From: Octopus vulgaris
Taxonomy: Eukaryota
Assembly: GCA_951406725.2 (NCBI GenBank)
Contig: OX597828.1
Coordinates: forward strand, 26,412,001-26,476,000
DNA: 64,000 bases
Reading direction: 5' to 3'
Shown: positions 27,674 to 39,488 of the stretch, piece after piece
Layout of the letters: every line of letters starts with the position of its first letter
Numbering within the stretch: the stretch's first letter is position 1
Notes under the pieces: model-generated
Databases searched by the model: none
What the model was told of the DNA's origin: nothing
What the model saw: only the letters and a program-made list of their open reading frames with translations
Program-made: the position numbers and the translations under genes

Positions 27674-28940
27674 TAAACAAACATATTTTCTTTGTACCCT
27701 ATATATATGTTTTTAAGAGGTAGAAGCTATTTTTTCTAAGACAAACAGGGTCGTGGAATTTCTTAATTATTCCAATTCTTTTCGTCTTATAAGATATTGA
27801 CTAAAACTGCGACCCGGACCCATGCGCATAGTATAATGCTATCTTTTTTCGGAAACGCAATCAAAATCAAAACAAAGATAACGGGAAGAAGTTAAAATAA
27901 TGTTTTATAATTAAAATGCAAGGTTGAACATTATTTTATCAAAGAGTTCCAAGTGGCAAACAGACAGGATCGGTAGTAAATAATGCTAGTCTGATGAAGC
28001 ATTTGTGTGTCAGCATAATAATAAGGATGTCATTCGTGTGTGCGTGTACGCGCGCGCATGCGAGAAAGACACTGAGTGAAAGAAGAAAAAAGGGTGTGTG
28101 TATGTATGCACGCATTCATATGCACGATACAAAACACTGCCACACACACACACGTCTCTGTGTGTCTGTGTTTGTGTGTGTATGTATATATATATATATA
28201 TATATATAGTGTAATAAATAAAATATATGCATACATACAAACATATATGTACGTACCTACATCTACATGTATATATACATGCATATATAAATATATATAC
28301 GTAAGTACAGGACACTATTATATTATATATTATATATATAAAGGAAGTATAGTTTTGCAATGGTACAATTACTTGTAAGGTATACTTTAATAACGAATAT
28401 TATACTATAATATAAGTCCTTCGGTGAACTGTAGTCTTCTCTCTCTCTTTGTTCGATTACACTAGACTTGCACCTTACACACGCACGTACTTACATAATA
28501 TTTAATTTGTATTATGCGCACATACAAGATATAGGCCTAGACAAAATGTGGCATGTTTAAAGAATATATAAATATTGAATGAGAACGTTTTTAAAAGAAT
28601 ACGGAGCCACACACACTCACGCATGCAGGTGTGTTGCAGCTGGGTGACTGAGCAAAAATGCCAGCCAACTCGCCTAGGGGTCAAAAGATTTGTATCACGT
28701 ATACGTACAACGTTGCACTGAATTTTGGCATCGATATTTATCTTTAAACGTCCCAGTTCGCCTAGCTGTTAAAAAGGTACCATGAAATTCGGTCAGTCAG
28801 CCCCCACTGTTTTAAGTAATGTAATCAACAATTCTCAGTTCAGTTTCTACCTCTGCACCAAAGTCTGACCCATGGGGCTCGCTGTAAAGGCCGAAGCTAA
28901 TAGGAGGCTGCCACATGAGACTGAATTACATCAGCGAAGT
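27040..28940. promoter_or_regulatory. CpG-retaining region; candidate unmethylated promoter or enhancer
   Basis: CpG is visibly much denser than in flanking unique DNA; Inr-like TCAGTC on the minus strand at 28646-28651; minus-strand donors gtgagt (28615-28620) and gtaagt (28489-28494). Confidence 0.45.
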
Positions 28941-29029
28941 CCTGAAAATCTGATGTCTTCTTTACAGGACACTGCATCATATCTAAATTTATGCACTGCT
29001 AGTTTTATATATAGATTATTGTGATGCAG

Positions 29030-29370
29030 GCTGAGGCATGTGTGTGTGTGGTGAAGAAGATGACTTTGCAACTACGTGATTCTGGGTTCAATCCCATTGC
29101 AGAGCACCATCTACTATACTCCTCAGTCCAACCAATGCCACACCCTGTGAGTGAATTTGGTAGTCACACGTCTTTGTGTATGTGTGTTTGTCCCCCCTTT
29201 ATCATTCAACAACCAGTGTTGCTTTGTTTATGTCCCTGTAACTTAGCAGTTTCAAGACAAGAGGCTGACATAATGAAAAAAGTCCAGGAGTCGATTTGCT
29301 TGATGGAGCCCTTTGAAGTAGTGTCCCAGCATGGTCACAGCCCAATGAATGAAATAAGTAATAGATAGAA
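29030..29370 (+). mobile_element. Diverged family A SINE
   Basis: Head gtgtggtgaagaag...gggttcaatccc; 3' cccagcatggtcacagcccaatgaatgaaa. Confidence 0.75.
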
Positions 29371-29532
29371 GATAGGTAAGGGTAGAGGGTCGTCTTGGTC
29401 AGGCACCAAACAACATACTTGTAAGAATTTAATTTCATATCTTTATATTCAGGGATCAAATCTCACCAAGGCTAACTTTGCCTTTTATCTTTCCAAGGCT
29501 GATACAATAAATTACAAAGTATTAACACAGTA

Positions 29533-29594
29533 CCAGTAATTTACTGGGATAACATGCCAGTGTCCAGTAATTTACTGGGATAACATGCCAGTGT
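29533..29594. repeat. Perfect 31-bp tandem duplication
   Basis: ccagtaatttactgggataacatgccagtgt x2; each unit contains the hairpin ccagtaa-t-ttactgg. Confidence 0.95.
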
Positions 29595-30444
29595 CTGCTT
29601 TGGCCTTATGAGTCATAGGATTTGTGAAAGCTCTAAGTCAAGTATTGGATCCAATACAATCAACAATTGCCTTGTCTTGCCTTAGGCCCTCACCTCCTCC
29701 TAAGTAAGTCATCATGACACAGTATATGTGAAGTAGAACCCTTCCCTTCAAATGCCTGATTCCTTGCAGAAGGAGAGAGAAACACACACAAGAATTAATA
29801 CCTAACAACAGGATTTCATAGACCCTGAAAGGATATGAAAAGCAAAACTGATCTTGGTGCTATTTGAAAACAGATCTGGCATGAACACTGCCAGGTAATC
29901 TATCTGATGCTCCAAGAACTGAATCGATTTGCGCTGCCCAGAACTAAGTACAGACCTACTCCAAAAACGTGTGTTCTTTCATCTGTGCGAGAAATCAATA
30001 TTATAGGTGATTAAATTGTGTCACTTCCATTCTTTCCTTTAATCTAAGTCTGTTAGATCCCGTTGGATACCACTTAATACACACACACACATGTCGTTTG
30101 CTGTGATACACTTCAAATGGGTAACAGATACATGGATTGTGTTTGGAACACACATGGTCCGAAATCAGACTGAAATACCACACATTCAGTGGTCACTGAG
30201 CCGTAGTGGTGACCACAACGTATAGCAGCTACCACAAATAAATGGTTACCAAACTGATAACTACTACAGGGATGGACCCTGTAACACACCTGATCCTAAA
30301 TCAGACCCAAATACCACACATTTAGAGCAAGAGTTTCATATCCTTTAATCGAAAAGTTTAGCAAAAATTATGTTAAAAGTATTCGAACCACAACTTGTGA
30401 TATTTGAATCAAAGTGTGTTGCTTGGTATCAGTGAGAACCTGCT

Positions 30445-30678
30445 GCTATAGGGGTGACTGATGCTATGGGGGTGACTGATGCTATGAGGGTGACTGATGC
30501 TATGGGGGCGATTGATGCTATGAGGTGACTGATGCTATGGGGGTGATTGATGCTATGGGGGTGACTGATGCTATGGGGGTGATTGATGCTATGGGGGTGA
30601 CTGATGCTATGGGGGTGACTGATGCTATGGAGGTGACTGATGCTATGAGGTTGAGTGATGCTATGGGGGTGACTGATG
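30445..30678. repeat. 18-bp minisatellite (gactgatgctatgggggt)n, about 13 units
   Basis: Direct reading; explains the VTDAMG and VTPIAS repeat ORFs. Confidence 0.95.
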
Positions 30679-30759
30679 AAATTCTTAGCAAATGGACACT
30701 AAGTTTCAATACCCAGTATGTTATGTTCACTGTCCATCACGCTGTTGTTGTTTAATCTC

Positions 30760-30960
30760 AAACAAAACATGGATGAGCAGATCTAAGACTAAAGAAAGTT
30801 CAGCTATAACCATTCCAATGCTTTTTTTTTTTCACGTTTAGTATATTTTGCTCAATACTTAGTTGAATGTGTATCTTCTTTCCAAGATGGTAACGAGTAA
30901 TCTGAGGGAAATTTGACTGCTATTTCTAGCAGGTAGCATAACCATGAACAACCTCCCCTC
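30760..30960 (+). mobile_element. Old interspersed repeat (family E, ...gatttggctgctatttctagcagg...)
   Basis: Same motif recurs near 36200, 37225, 47470, 50660, 57860 and 60500; class not determined. Confidence 0.6.
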
Positions 30961-32369
30961 TCTTTAGCTAATCCGTCTTCAAGTTGAGGTTTGATTTATG
31001 AATGGCCCAACGGTCCAGTGTGATTATCAAGTCAGGGCTACAGAAATATCAAATAGATTTAAAGATATGATATGAAAAAAAAAAAAAGATGAGCTTTTAT
31101 CCAAACACCCTACTTCCTGCTGAATCAATCCCAAATTTTGTACAAGCGCATCAAAGAGTGGGGAGGGGATGGATTCTAGGGGAAGACTGCTTCTAGTGCA
31201 ATAGTTAAATGCTGTATATGGGAAATAATTCCACAGTCATAGCTACGTATCAGGAAAATTGCTTCACCGAACAAGCAAAAACTGGATCCCTACTACCTTA
31301 CTATTAACACTCAGTTCCTTCGTTGAAGATTACTCAATGTGATTTAATCCTGTGATAATTTACCTCAACAATGAAATGAGGGGGGGTGTAGGGGTGGAAG
31401 TGTAGAAGTGAATGTAAAGTTAATGAAATTACGTTGGTGTCTTTGGAATAATCAAAAGAAAAACTATATCAATTCAACTCTGTACTATTATAATATTAAT
31501 TGCTATAGACATGATGATTGTGGGGTGGAGAGGAAGAAGAGGTGGGGGTTGCTTGGAGAGAGAGAGAGAGAGAGAGAGGGAGAGCTGAAAGAGTGACTCA
31601 TTTCAGCAGGAAAGAATGAAGGGACAGGGAGACATGTAATATAGAAAAAGGAGAGTCTATGTCCTGGACAAGCTTGCTGCTGCTGCTGCTGTCTCTCTGG
31701 AGTAGCAAAGGAAAACAAGACTTAGAAGATAGGAGAGAAGAAGAAGTAAAAGGAAAGGCAATGAAAAACAAGGAAAAAGAAAGGGGATTAAATTAAAGGA
31801 GAGAATGAGAGATTAGGAGTCGGACAAGGAAGAGGAAAATATTAAAAAAAAAAAAAAAAAAAAGGGAAAAGGAAAACGGAACAAAACCCAGGAAGATGAT
31901 TGTGTTGTCAAGAGATTCCCAAGCTAGGGTATTCTACCTTCAGTTAGTTCCTGCTATATAATAGCATCTATCTCCATGGCAGCCTGCTTATATAATAACA
32001 TCTGCTAAACCAAAGAGGAGAACTAGATGTGTGTGTTTGGATGGATGTATTTTCCAAAGAATCACTATTAACAGCAGCGCACCCATCACCATCAGCAGTA
32101 ATGGAACGGCACCATCAGCAGTGGTTGCAGCAGCAGCAGCGGTGGTGGTGGTGGTGGTTTAGTGGGGGGCCCCGTCAGCGCCATCAGCAGCCAGAACTGT
32201 ACTGTTAGTAGTGCAATAATGTATGGCAACAAGCAAACAAGATAGTCAGAAAATAGTAGTAGTTTTCTTTCTAAATAACAGACTGTGGGATACATACGTA
32301 CGTACAAATCATGGGTATATGTCAGCCTGAAGCGAAAACCAAGCGCCTAGGCTTCAGCTAGGCTAAGGC

Positions 32370-32408
<39 letters not shown>

Positions 32409-33491
32409 GCAGACAGAGCGAAGAAAACTGCCTGAACAAACCAATATAATTATTGGTACCATGTTAACAAAAGCAGTTTGGACTGAACTGAGAAGAAGAA
32501 GAAGAAGAAGAAAAAAACAAACAAACAACAACAACAAAGGAAAGGAAAAGAAACCGAAAAGACTTACAAAAATTAAAAAAATAAAGCAAATCAAACAAAC
32601 AACAACAACAACAACAAAAGCAAAGACAAGAAAGATAACAACAACAACAATAACAACAACAACAGCAATGATGATGATGATGATGATGATGATGACGACG
32701 AATGCAGACAGACATTACGACAAACATTACAGCCGTGTGGTGGTATATACGACTATTTTACTTTATATATATTTACAAAATAATCACTAGAAAAACAAGA
32801 TGTGCAATCGCTGGGATGGGTGTGATGGGGGTGGGGTGGGGTGGGTGGGTGGAGGCGATGGAGGGTGGGGGGTATATATATGTATATATTTTTTTTTTCC
32901 ATTTCCCAATGTATCTGTAGACGAGATATGATGAGGGATGAATATGAGTACGCAATAGTTGTATACATACATACACACATACATGCATATACACAAATTA
33001 TATACATGTACATACATACACACAGACACACATACATACATACATACATACATACATACATTCATGCATATACACAAATTATATACATGTACATACATAC
33101 ACACACACACATACATACATACATACATACATACACACACACACATACATACATACATACATACACACACATACATACATACATACATACATTCATGCAT
33201 ATACACAAATTATATACATGTACATACATACTTATACATATACAAATACACACACACACATATATATATATATACACACATACATATGCATACACACACA
33301 TACATATGCATACACATACATACATATACACACACTCACACACACACATATATATATATATATATACATACATACACACACACATTCATATGCATATACA
33401 CACACATAAGGTATGTGTGATTCAGTGTTTCCACTTCTCTATACTAGTAAAACTTGAACTGGATAAAAAAGCAGTGGTGGTATTTCATTAA

Positions 33492-33524
<33 letters not shown>

Positions 33525-33753
33525 GTGTGTGTGTACATGTATTTGCATATACGTATATATATATTTACACATACTCACACACACACACACACACATACAT
33601 ACATACATACACACACACACTCAGAGTAGCAGGGCATTTACAGACCAGTTCCACTGACATTATCAGGATGAATATCAAAAGGAGGAGAAAAAAAAAAAAA
33701 AAAAAGGAAGAAAAAAAAAAACCCCCAGAAAAATAATAAAAAAAGTATGTCAG

Positions 33754-33822
<69 letters not shown>

Positions 33823-33990
33823 AAAAAAAAAAAAAAAAATCTCCTCAGAAATCAATATGTTAAATATCAAATGTAAATGCTTGCAATGTCACTAGTAACA
33901 CAAAACTGAAGAGAGGTAGATGGAGGCTGTAAAGGTAACAAGAGACAGACAAACAGAGGCAGAATGTGTATGTGTATCTATCTATCTATA

Positions 33991-34036
<46 letters not shown>

Positions 34037-34244
34037 CCTTCACACACATACATATATATATACATATATATATGTATATAGAGACACAGAAATACATACA
34101 CGCAGGATCAATGATGAATGTATTATTACTGCTGAATGATTTTCTAACAACATAGACATTTCTTTAATTACATCAGTAGACTACGTGTGTGTGTGTGTGT
34201 GTTTATGTTTACACGTCTATTAGTAGTTACAGGTATGACTGGCT

Positions 34245-34830
34245 CTGGAGATGGCCAAATGGTTTAGAAGTTTGCCTTGGAGCCAAGAGGTTCTGAGCTT
34301 CAATCACACAGCGTGACATCTTTGGACATGTGTTCTTTAACCATGGGCCTTATGTTGACTCAAACCTCGTGGCTGAAATTGGGTCGACAGAAACTGTATA
34401 GAACACTGTCAAATGAGGTATACCTGTGATTCAATGGGGGGCTTGCACGCCTGTACACTGTGCCACACTGGTTCAGCCTAACAATTACATTAACTTTTTC
34501 CCATTTAAACCAGTCATATCCAGTCAAAGTATCCTGTTTTATCTCCAGGCTGGTCAAATCCTGCCTTTCACACTTACCCTACAATATTATTCTAGAAACA
34601 GACACTCACATCATCAAAATCTTAAAGATACAAGGCAATGCATGACTAATTCAAATCAATTTGAATAAACAGACATAACATTCAAGTGAGTAACCTGAAT
34701 GATGGAAGGTTAAAGGTTCACCTGGATGGGAAGCACTCACTCTCTCACACCATCAGCCAGGAATCAGAGGCTCAATCGATTGATATTAAGTAAACAACTA
34801 GAATATTCAACACAAAACCCAACAGAAGAC
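34245..34830 (+). mobile_element. Diverged SINE interrupted by a piggyBac-type MITE (34490-34714)
   Basis: SINE head ggccaaatggtttagaag; the body resumes after the ttaa...ggttaa MITE. Confidence 0.65.
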
Positions 34831-34874
34831 ACTTATACTTTTTATTTTGGTTGATGTAAGCATATATGTATAAA

Positions 34875-35040
34875 GCAGGAGTGGCTGTGTGGTAAGTAGC
34901 TTGCTTACCAACCACATGGTTCTTGGTTCAGTCCCACTGCGTGGTACCTTGAGCAGGTATCTTCTACTATAGCCTCGGCTGACCAAAACCTTGTGAGTGG
35001 ATTTGGTAGATGGAAACCGAAAGAAGCCCGTTGTGTATAT
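34875..35040 (+). mobile_element. Family A SINE 5' half
   Basis: Near-consensus head and core, truncated at the internal TA tract. Confidence 0.9.
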
Positions 35041-35139
35041 GTATACATATATATATATATATGGGTGTGTTTGTGAATGGCAAATGAGACATGTAGTGTC
35101 TGGTTAGGATGTTAAATCCATTTTAAAGTAACATGTGAT

Positions 35140-35345
35140 TAGAACGTCTCTGGAAGGAATCCCAAGACGGATTCTTCAGGCCAAGTCAACTACTTAGCAG
35201 TAGACCAAGAATGAGATGTTTGGATCATGTCCATAGTCTGGGTTGGTCATGCTTTGGAATCCAGCTGGAAAGGTAAATGATAGGACCGTGTGGAGCAGGG
35301 TGCCTGAGGATTCTACCCTGACAACCCTCCTGGGAACAGGTGACA
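35140..35345 (+). mobile_element. Decayed RTE-clade LINE ORF C-terminus
   Basis: Translates with a frameshift as HVIRTSLEGIPRRILQAKST...RPRMRCLDHVHSLGWSCFGIQ, resembling the RTE GHVxR..P..IL..RPRxRWxDxV end. Confidence 0.65.
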
Positions 35346-35734
35346 GAGAAAATTGAACGGATAGATTTCCAAGTATTTGGAGACTTGTTCCTAACATTGA
35401 GATGAATGGAAGCAATGCAAACAGTTAGTGTACTGCAACTAATTAGCAATGAAAATTAATGTGTTGCAGCTCATTTGAACTCAAGACCAACGAAGTGATA
35501 GGCCAAGACCTTAGACGTTCAAGCATGTTGGTTGAACAGGGATGTTGAAGAGGTAAGTAAATAGACAAGAGCCAAAAAAAAAAAACAAGAAACAAGAAAC
35601 AAAACAAAAAGAAAATGATAAAAAGTTTGAAAGTTCCAGTCAGAAATCAAACATATTTTGTATGTTATTCCTCGGAAATGAAACCACCTTTCTAACTAAC
35701 ATTTCAAACGAATACATAAATACACATATATACA

Positions 35735-35768
<34 letters not shown>

Positions 35769-35866
35769 AAATCTAGTTACTGAGTAGATTAAGGAGCAAA
35801 TGCACAAAAGGTCAGCAATGAAAGAAAATACTACCAAAGTTGAGTGAAAAAGTATCAATAGGCATG

Positions 35867-35901
<35 letters not shown>

Positions 35902-36520
35902 ATGCGCGCATTTATATATCTCACACAAGGAGAAAAGTAAAAGAGTAAAAAGCAGAAAGCAGTTCTGAGAATATAGTCTGCTGCCAAGTTGAACAAGAAT
36001 TCTTCATTGCTGACTTTGTAATGGCTTCTTGGGTTCAGATCTGAAGGAAATGGCTATTTCATTGTTATTGGTGTTATTTAGCCACAAGTCAGGCCGGACA
36101 AAGTGGACCTATGATCAATACTGTTCCACCCATGATCACCTAGGGTTACGTTGTTCAACATGGTGTTCTTATCTAAGAAGGTATAGAGTAATTCGAAAGA
36201 CATTTGGCTGCTGTTTCTAGCAGGTTGAACAACTCTGTAGAAGCACCCCAACACTGGACTATGGCTGTTAGATTGTGTCTTAAAGAAAAGACTTTCCATT
36301 CTGCCAACGTCTGACGAAAAGGCCTTGTGATAAGACTTGGTGTTGCTACAGGATACCTGCGGTTGTCAGAATTAAAATGGCATGGAAAGACATAATGGCT
36401 TTGCTGAAGTCAGATCAGAGGTGAGAAGATGCTGGGTCAAGAGGAATGGCAATGTGTAGTTCAAGTGCTGAATCATCTGATCCATGCAAACAAGAAGAAA
36501 AACTGATGTTTAGACATCAA

Positions 36521-36735
36521 CCCTCCAGCAGTTACACAGACCACATCTGGCTGAAATATCTTAATAGTTTTATGTTCAAACTGGCCGGATCCAGTCTCTC
36601 ACACGTACCCTTATATGTCACTCTAAAAATAAACAATCGCATCACCAAACTCTCAAAGCTTCAAGATAACGCAGGATTAATTCAAAACAAAGAATTAAAA
36701 ATCATTGCATTCAGCCCTCAATACTAGGGGGCTAA
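36521..36735. mobile_element. piggyBac-type MITE copy (degenerate termini)
   Basis: Shares ttatgttcaaactggcc.gatccag and ctaaaaataaacaa with 24643-24865. Confidence 0.75.
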
Positions 36736-36850
36736 AGCTGGTTTTGTTTATTCCCAGGTCGGTCCTGATCCAACAGAATTACTACCAGCAGCTGAGGGGT
36801 CTTTATGATGACTTGACTGACTAGTAATAGCTGCCAAATCCCTCTCAAAT

Positions 36851-37100
36851 AAGTTAAGTTAATTTTTTGGCTCAAAAAGCAAAAAGCAGGGCCATGTAGG
36901 GGGACATGGAGTTATGTACAGGGAGGGTGTTCATGCAAAGAGTTCAGGCCATTTCTGATCAAGAGAGACTTTGAACCGAGCTGTCGTCAGCATCTTCACT
37001 ATCTTGTCCGGCAGCTTATTCCACAGATCCGCAACCCGGACGGAGAAAGCCCCTCTCCTTCGATTGAGATGAAATCGTCGCAGATAGAGCTTTTCGGATC
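36851..37100 (-). mobile_element. CR1-clade LINE 3' end
   Basis: Minus strand reads SEKLYLRRFHLNRRRGAFSVRVADLWNKLPDKIVKMLTTARFKVSLDQKWPELFA* (FSxRV..WNxLP...FK..LD motif), then a short UTR and a (TTAAC)n tail. Confidence 0.88.
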
Positions 37101-37332
37101 ACACACACCGCTACAAAAGACACATTAAACAGTGTAGTCTATTATTCACAGTCTTTTAGACTACATTGCCTTATGTGTCCCTTTCTTTTGTAAGAGCATG
37201 TATGGCTTAAAAGAAAGCTTAGCAGTTATTTCTATCGGGTCAGGTCACAATACCGATTCAGGAGTTCCTCTAAAACAATTATGACTATCATGATGAGGTT
37301 GATAAGTTATGAAAATGACTATGATGATGGTG

Positions 37333-37364
<32 letters not shown>

Positions 37365-37884
37365 GATGATGGTGATGATGATGGTGATGATGATGATGAT
37401 GATGATGCCTATGAAATTTCAGTAAAGCTAGACGAGAAACGAGGGAGAGATGGTTAGGGGTTAGGGTGAAAACAGATTTGTGCTACATTAACTTGACACA
37501 ATAGAAACTGAAATTATGAAGTGTCTCCCAGTCTGGATGCTAATGGCATGTGAAATGCTTAATTAACTAATTAACTAACTATCTGTTGTTATAAATAGTA
37601 ACAGCATAGAAGGTGAAATGGCTGAAAGGGTAGATAAAGTTATTGGATTTCCAACTCACCAGGTTGTCAGTTCATATCAAACCAGATGACATTTATTTCA
37701 TTGTATGTCTCTGGTCAGAGGTTACTTCAACGCACGCACACAAACACACATGCGCACGTGTGCGGAGAGAGAGAGAGAGGGGGGAAAGACAAAGAATATA
37801 TGAACTTTGTTATGTATTTTCCTTAAGCTTTCTGGGTTTTTTTGCAACAACATATGATGTACATTATTTACAATATTTACATTA

Positions 37885-38025
37885 GTTACATTTGATGGTT
37901 ATTTGTCCTCATCTTGTTTGTTCTTAACACAACGTTTCAGCTAATATACCCTCCAGCCTTCATCAGGTGTCTTGGGGAAATTTCGAACTTGGGTTCTCAT
38001 TCCTAACGTATTTTTCGATGTTGTT
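37885..38025 (-). mobile_element. Short PLE-derived element (family D3)
   Basis: Contains a canonical minimal hammerhead; adjacent to (ATT/GTT)n. Boundaries approximate. Confidence 0.6.
37926..37971 (-). ncRNA. Minimal type I hammerhead ribozyme with intact core
   Basis: GACAC-CUGAUGA-A-GGCUGG(AGGGUAUA)UUAGCU-GAAAC-GUU-GUGUU: intact CUGANGA/GAAA core, stem I GACAC/GUGUU, palindromic ACGU in place of stem III as in PLE hammerheads. Confidence 0.75.
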
Positions 38026-38301
38026 GCTATCATTATTATTATTATTATTATTGTTGTTGTTGTTGTTGTTGTTATTCAATGTATATTCTTCAATGTTTAA
38101 GTAATAAGAAATATTATAGTTTTCTTTGTTTTAAGCATTTCTTTAGATTTCAACTGGTGATCAAATAATGGATATTTATGACATAAGCATATAATAAATC
38201 CATAATGGAAGCATTATGTAGAATAGATATTTAAATAAATCCTTTTAAATATTAGATATTCCCCTTGTAGATGATCTGATATCGCTTCTCGATAGTTCAG
38301 T

Positions 38302-38536
38302 GAAATGAGTCATGTGCACATAGATACACACATGAAAAGCATGCTCAAGTGCACACACTCAGACACACGGAGACACATACATATATACACCCATTATATA
38401 TACACTTAGACATATGGGAACACATACATATATACACATGACGTCCAAAAACTAAAATGATAATAATAATAAAGTTGAAGTGAAGACCAAATATACAGTG
38501 TGTGTGTTTAATTGGCCAAATATGACCATCCCCAAG
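38302..38536. repeat. About 235-bp direct repeat, copy 1
   Basis: Highly similar to 39248-39488. Confidence 0.95.
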
Positions 38537-38606
38537 CATAACAAGTATATGTCTGTGTGTGTGTGTATGTATGTGTGTGTGGTTCAGTTCATTATGCTAT
38601 TTTTAC

Positions 38607-38768
38607 GCAGGAGTGGCTGTGTGGTAAGTAGCTTGTCTTCCAACCACATGGTTCCGGGTTCAGTCCCACTGCATGGCACCTTGGGTAAGTGTCTTCTACT
38701 ATAGCCTCGGGCCGACCAAAGCCTTGTGAGTGGATTTGGTAGACGGAAACTGAAAGAAGCCCGTCGTA

Positions 38769-38810
<42 letters not shown>

Positions 38811-39022
38811 TGTGTGCGTTTGTGTGTCTGTGTTTGTCCCCCTAGCATTGCTTGACAACCGATGCTGGTGTGTTTATGTCCCCGTCACTTAGTGGTTCGG
38901 CAAAAGAGACCGATAGAATAAGTACTGGGCTTACAAAAGAATAAGTCCCGGGGTCGAGTTGCTCGATTAAAGGCGGTGCTCCAGCATGGCCGCAGTCAAA
39001 TGACTGAAACAAGTAAAAGAGA
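38607..39022 (+). mobile_element. Full-length family A SINE (tRNA-derived, CORE-like; probably octopus OR-type)
   Basis: A box tggctgtgtggtaag, B box ggttcagtccc, CORE-like accttgggtaagtgtc, internal (TA)n/(GT)n, 3' tgactgaaacaagtaaaaga; near-identical to 44909-45322. Family name is from memory. Confidence 0.92.
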
Positions 39023-39119
39023 TCCCACAAAATATGGCACAAAGTGCCAAAGATTGATTTAGTTACCACTTGTTGTAGTAATGACAGACATAGGCAGTAA
39101 GTGGAAAGGTAGAAATAAC

Positions 39120-39245
39120 AGTTGGTGTTAGGAAGGGCATCCAACCGTAGAAAGCATGCCAAAGCTGAGGCCGGAGCCTCTGACACAACATCTGTGGCTT
39201 GCTAGATCTTGACAAACTGTCCGTGCCATGCCAGCATGGAAGACA
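39120..39245 (+). mobile_element. Family C fragment
   Basis: gttggtgttaggaagggcatccaaccgtagaaa. Confidence 0.8.
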
Positions 39246-39247
39246 GA

Positions 39248-39488
39248 GAAATGAGTCATGTGCACATAGATACACACATAAAAAGCATGCTCAAGTGCAC
39301 ACACTCAGACACACGGAGACGCATACATATATACACCCATTATATATACACTCAGACACACGAGGACACATACATATATACACGTGACGTCCAAAAACTA
39401 AAATGATAATAATAATAATAATAAAGTTGAAGTGAAGACCAAATATACAGTGTGTGTGCTTAATTGGCCAAATATGACCACCCCCAAG
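39248..39488. repeat. About 235-bp direct repeat, copy 2
   Basis: Highly similar to 38302-38536. Confidence 0.95.

Noticed and set aside
30445-30755. VTDAMG/VTPIAS repeat protein or CRISPR-like array
   Set aside because: Contiguous 18-bp minisatellite with no unique spacers; open frames on both strands follow from the unit length.
32322-32370. pre-miRNA hairpin
   Set aside because: Only short, interrupted stems; too little pairing for a pre-miRNA.
38302-39488. LTR retrotransposon or TRIM
   Set aside because: No shared TG...CA termini, PBS, PPT or TSD; the interior is made of unrelated SINEs.
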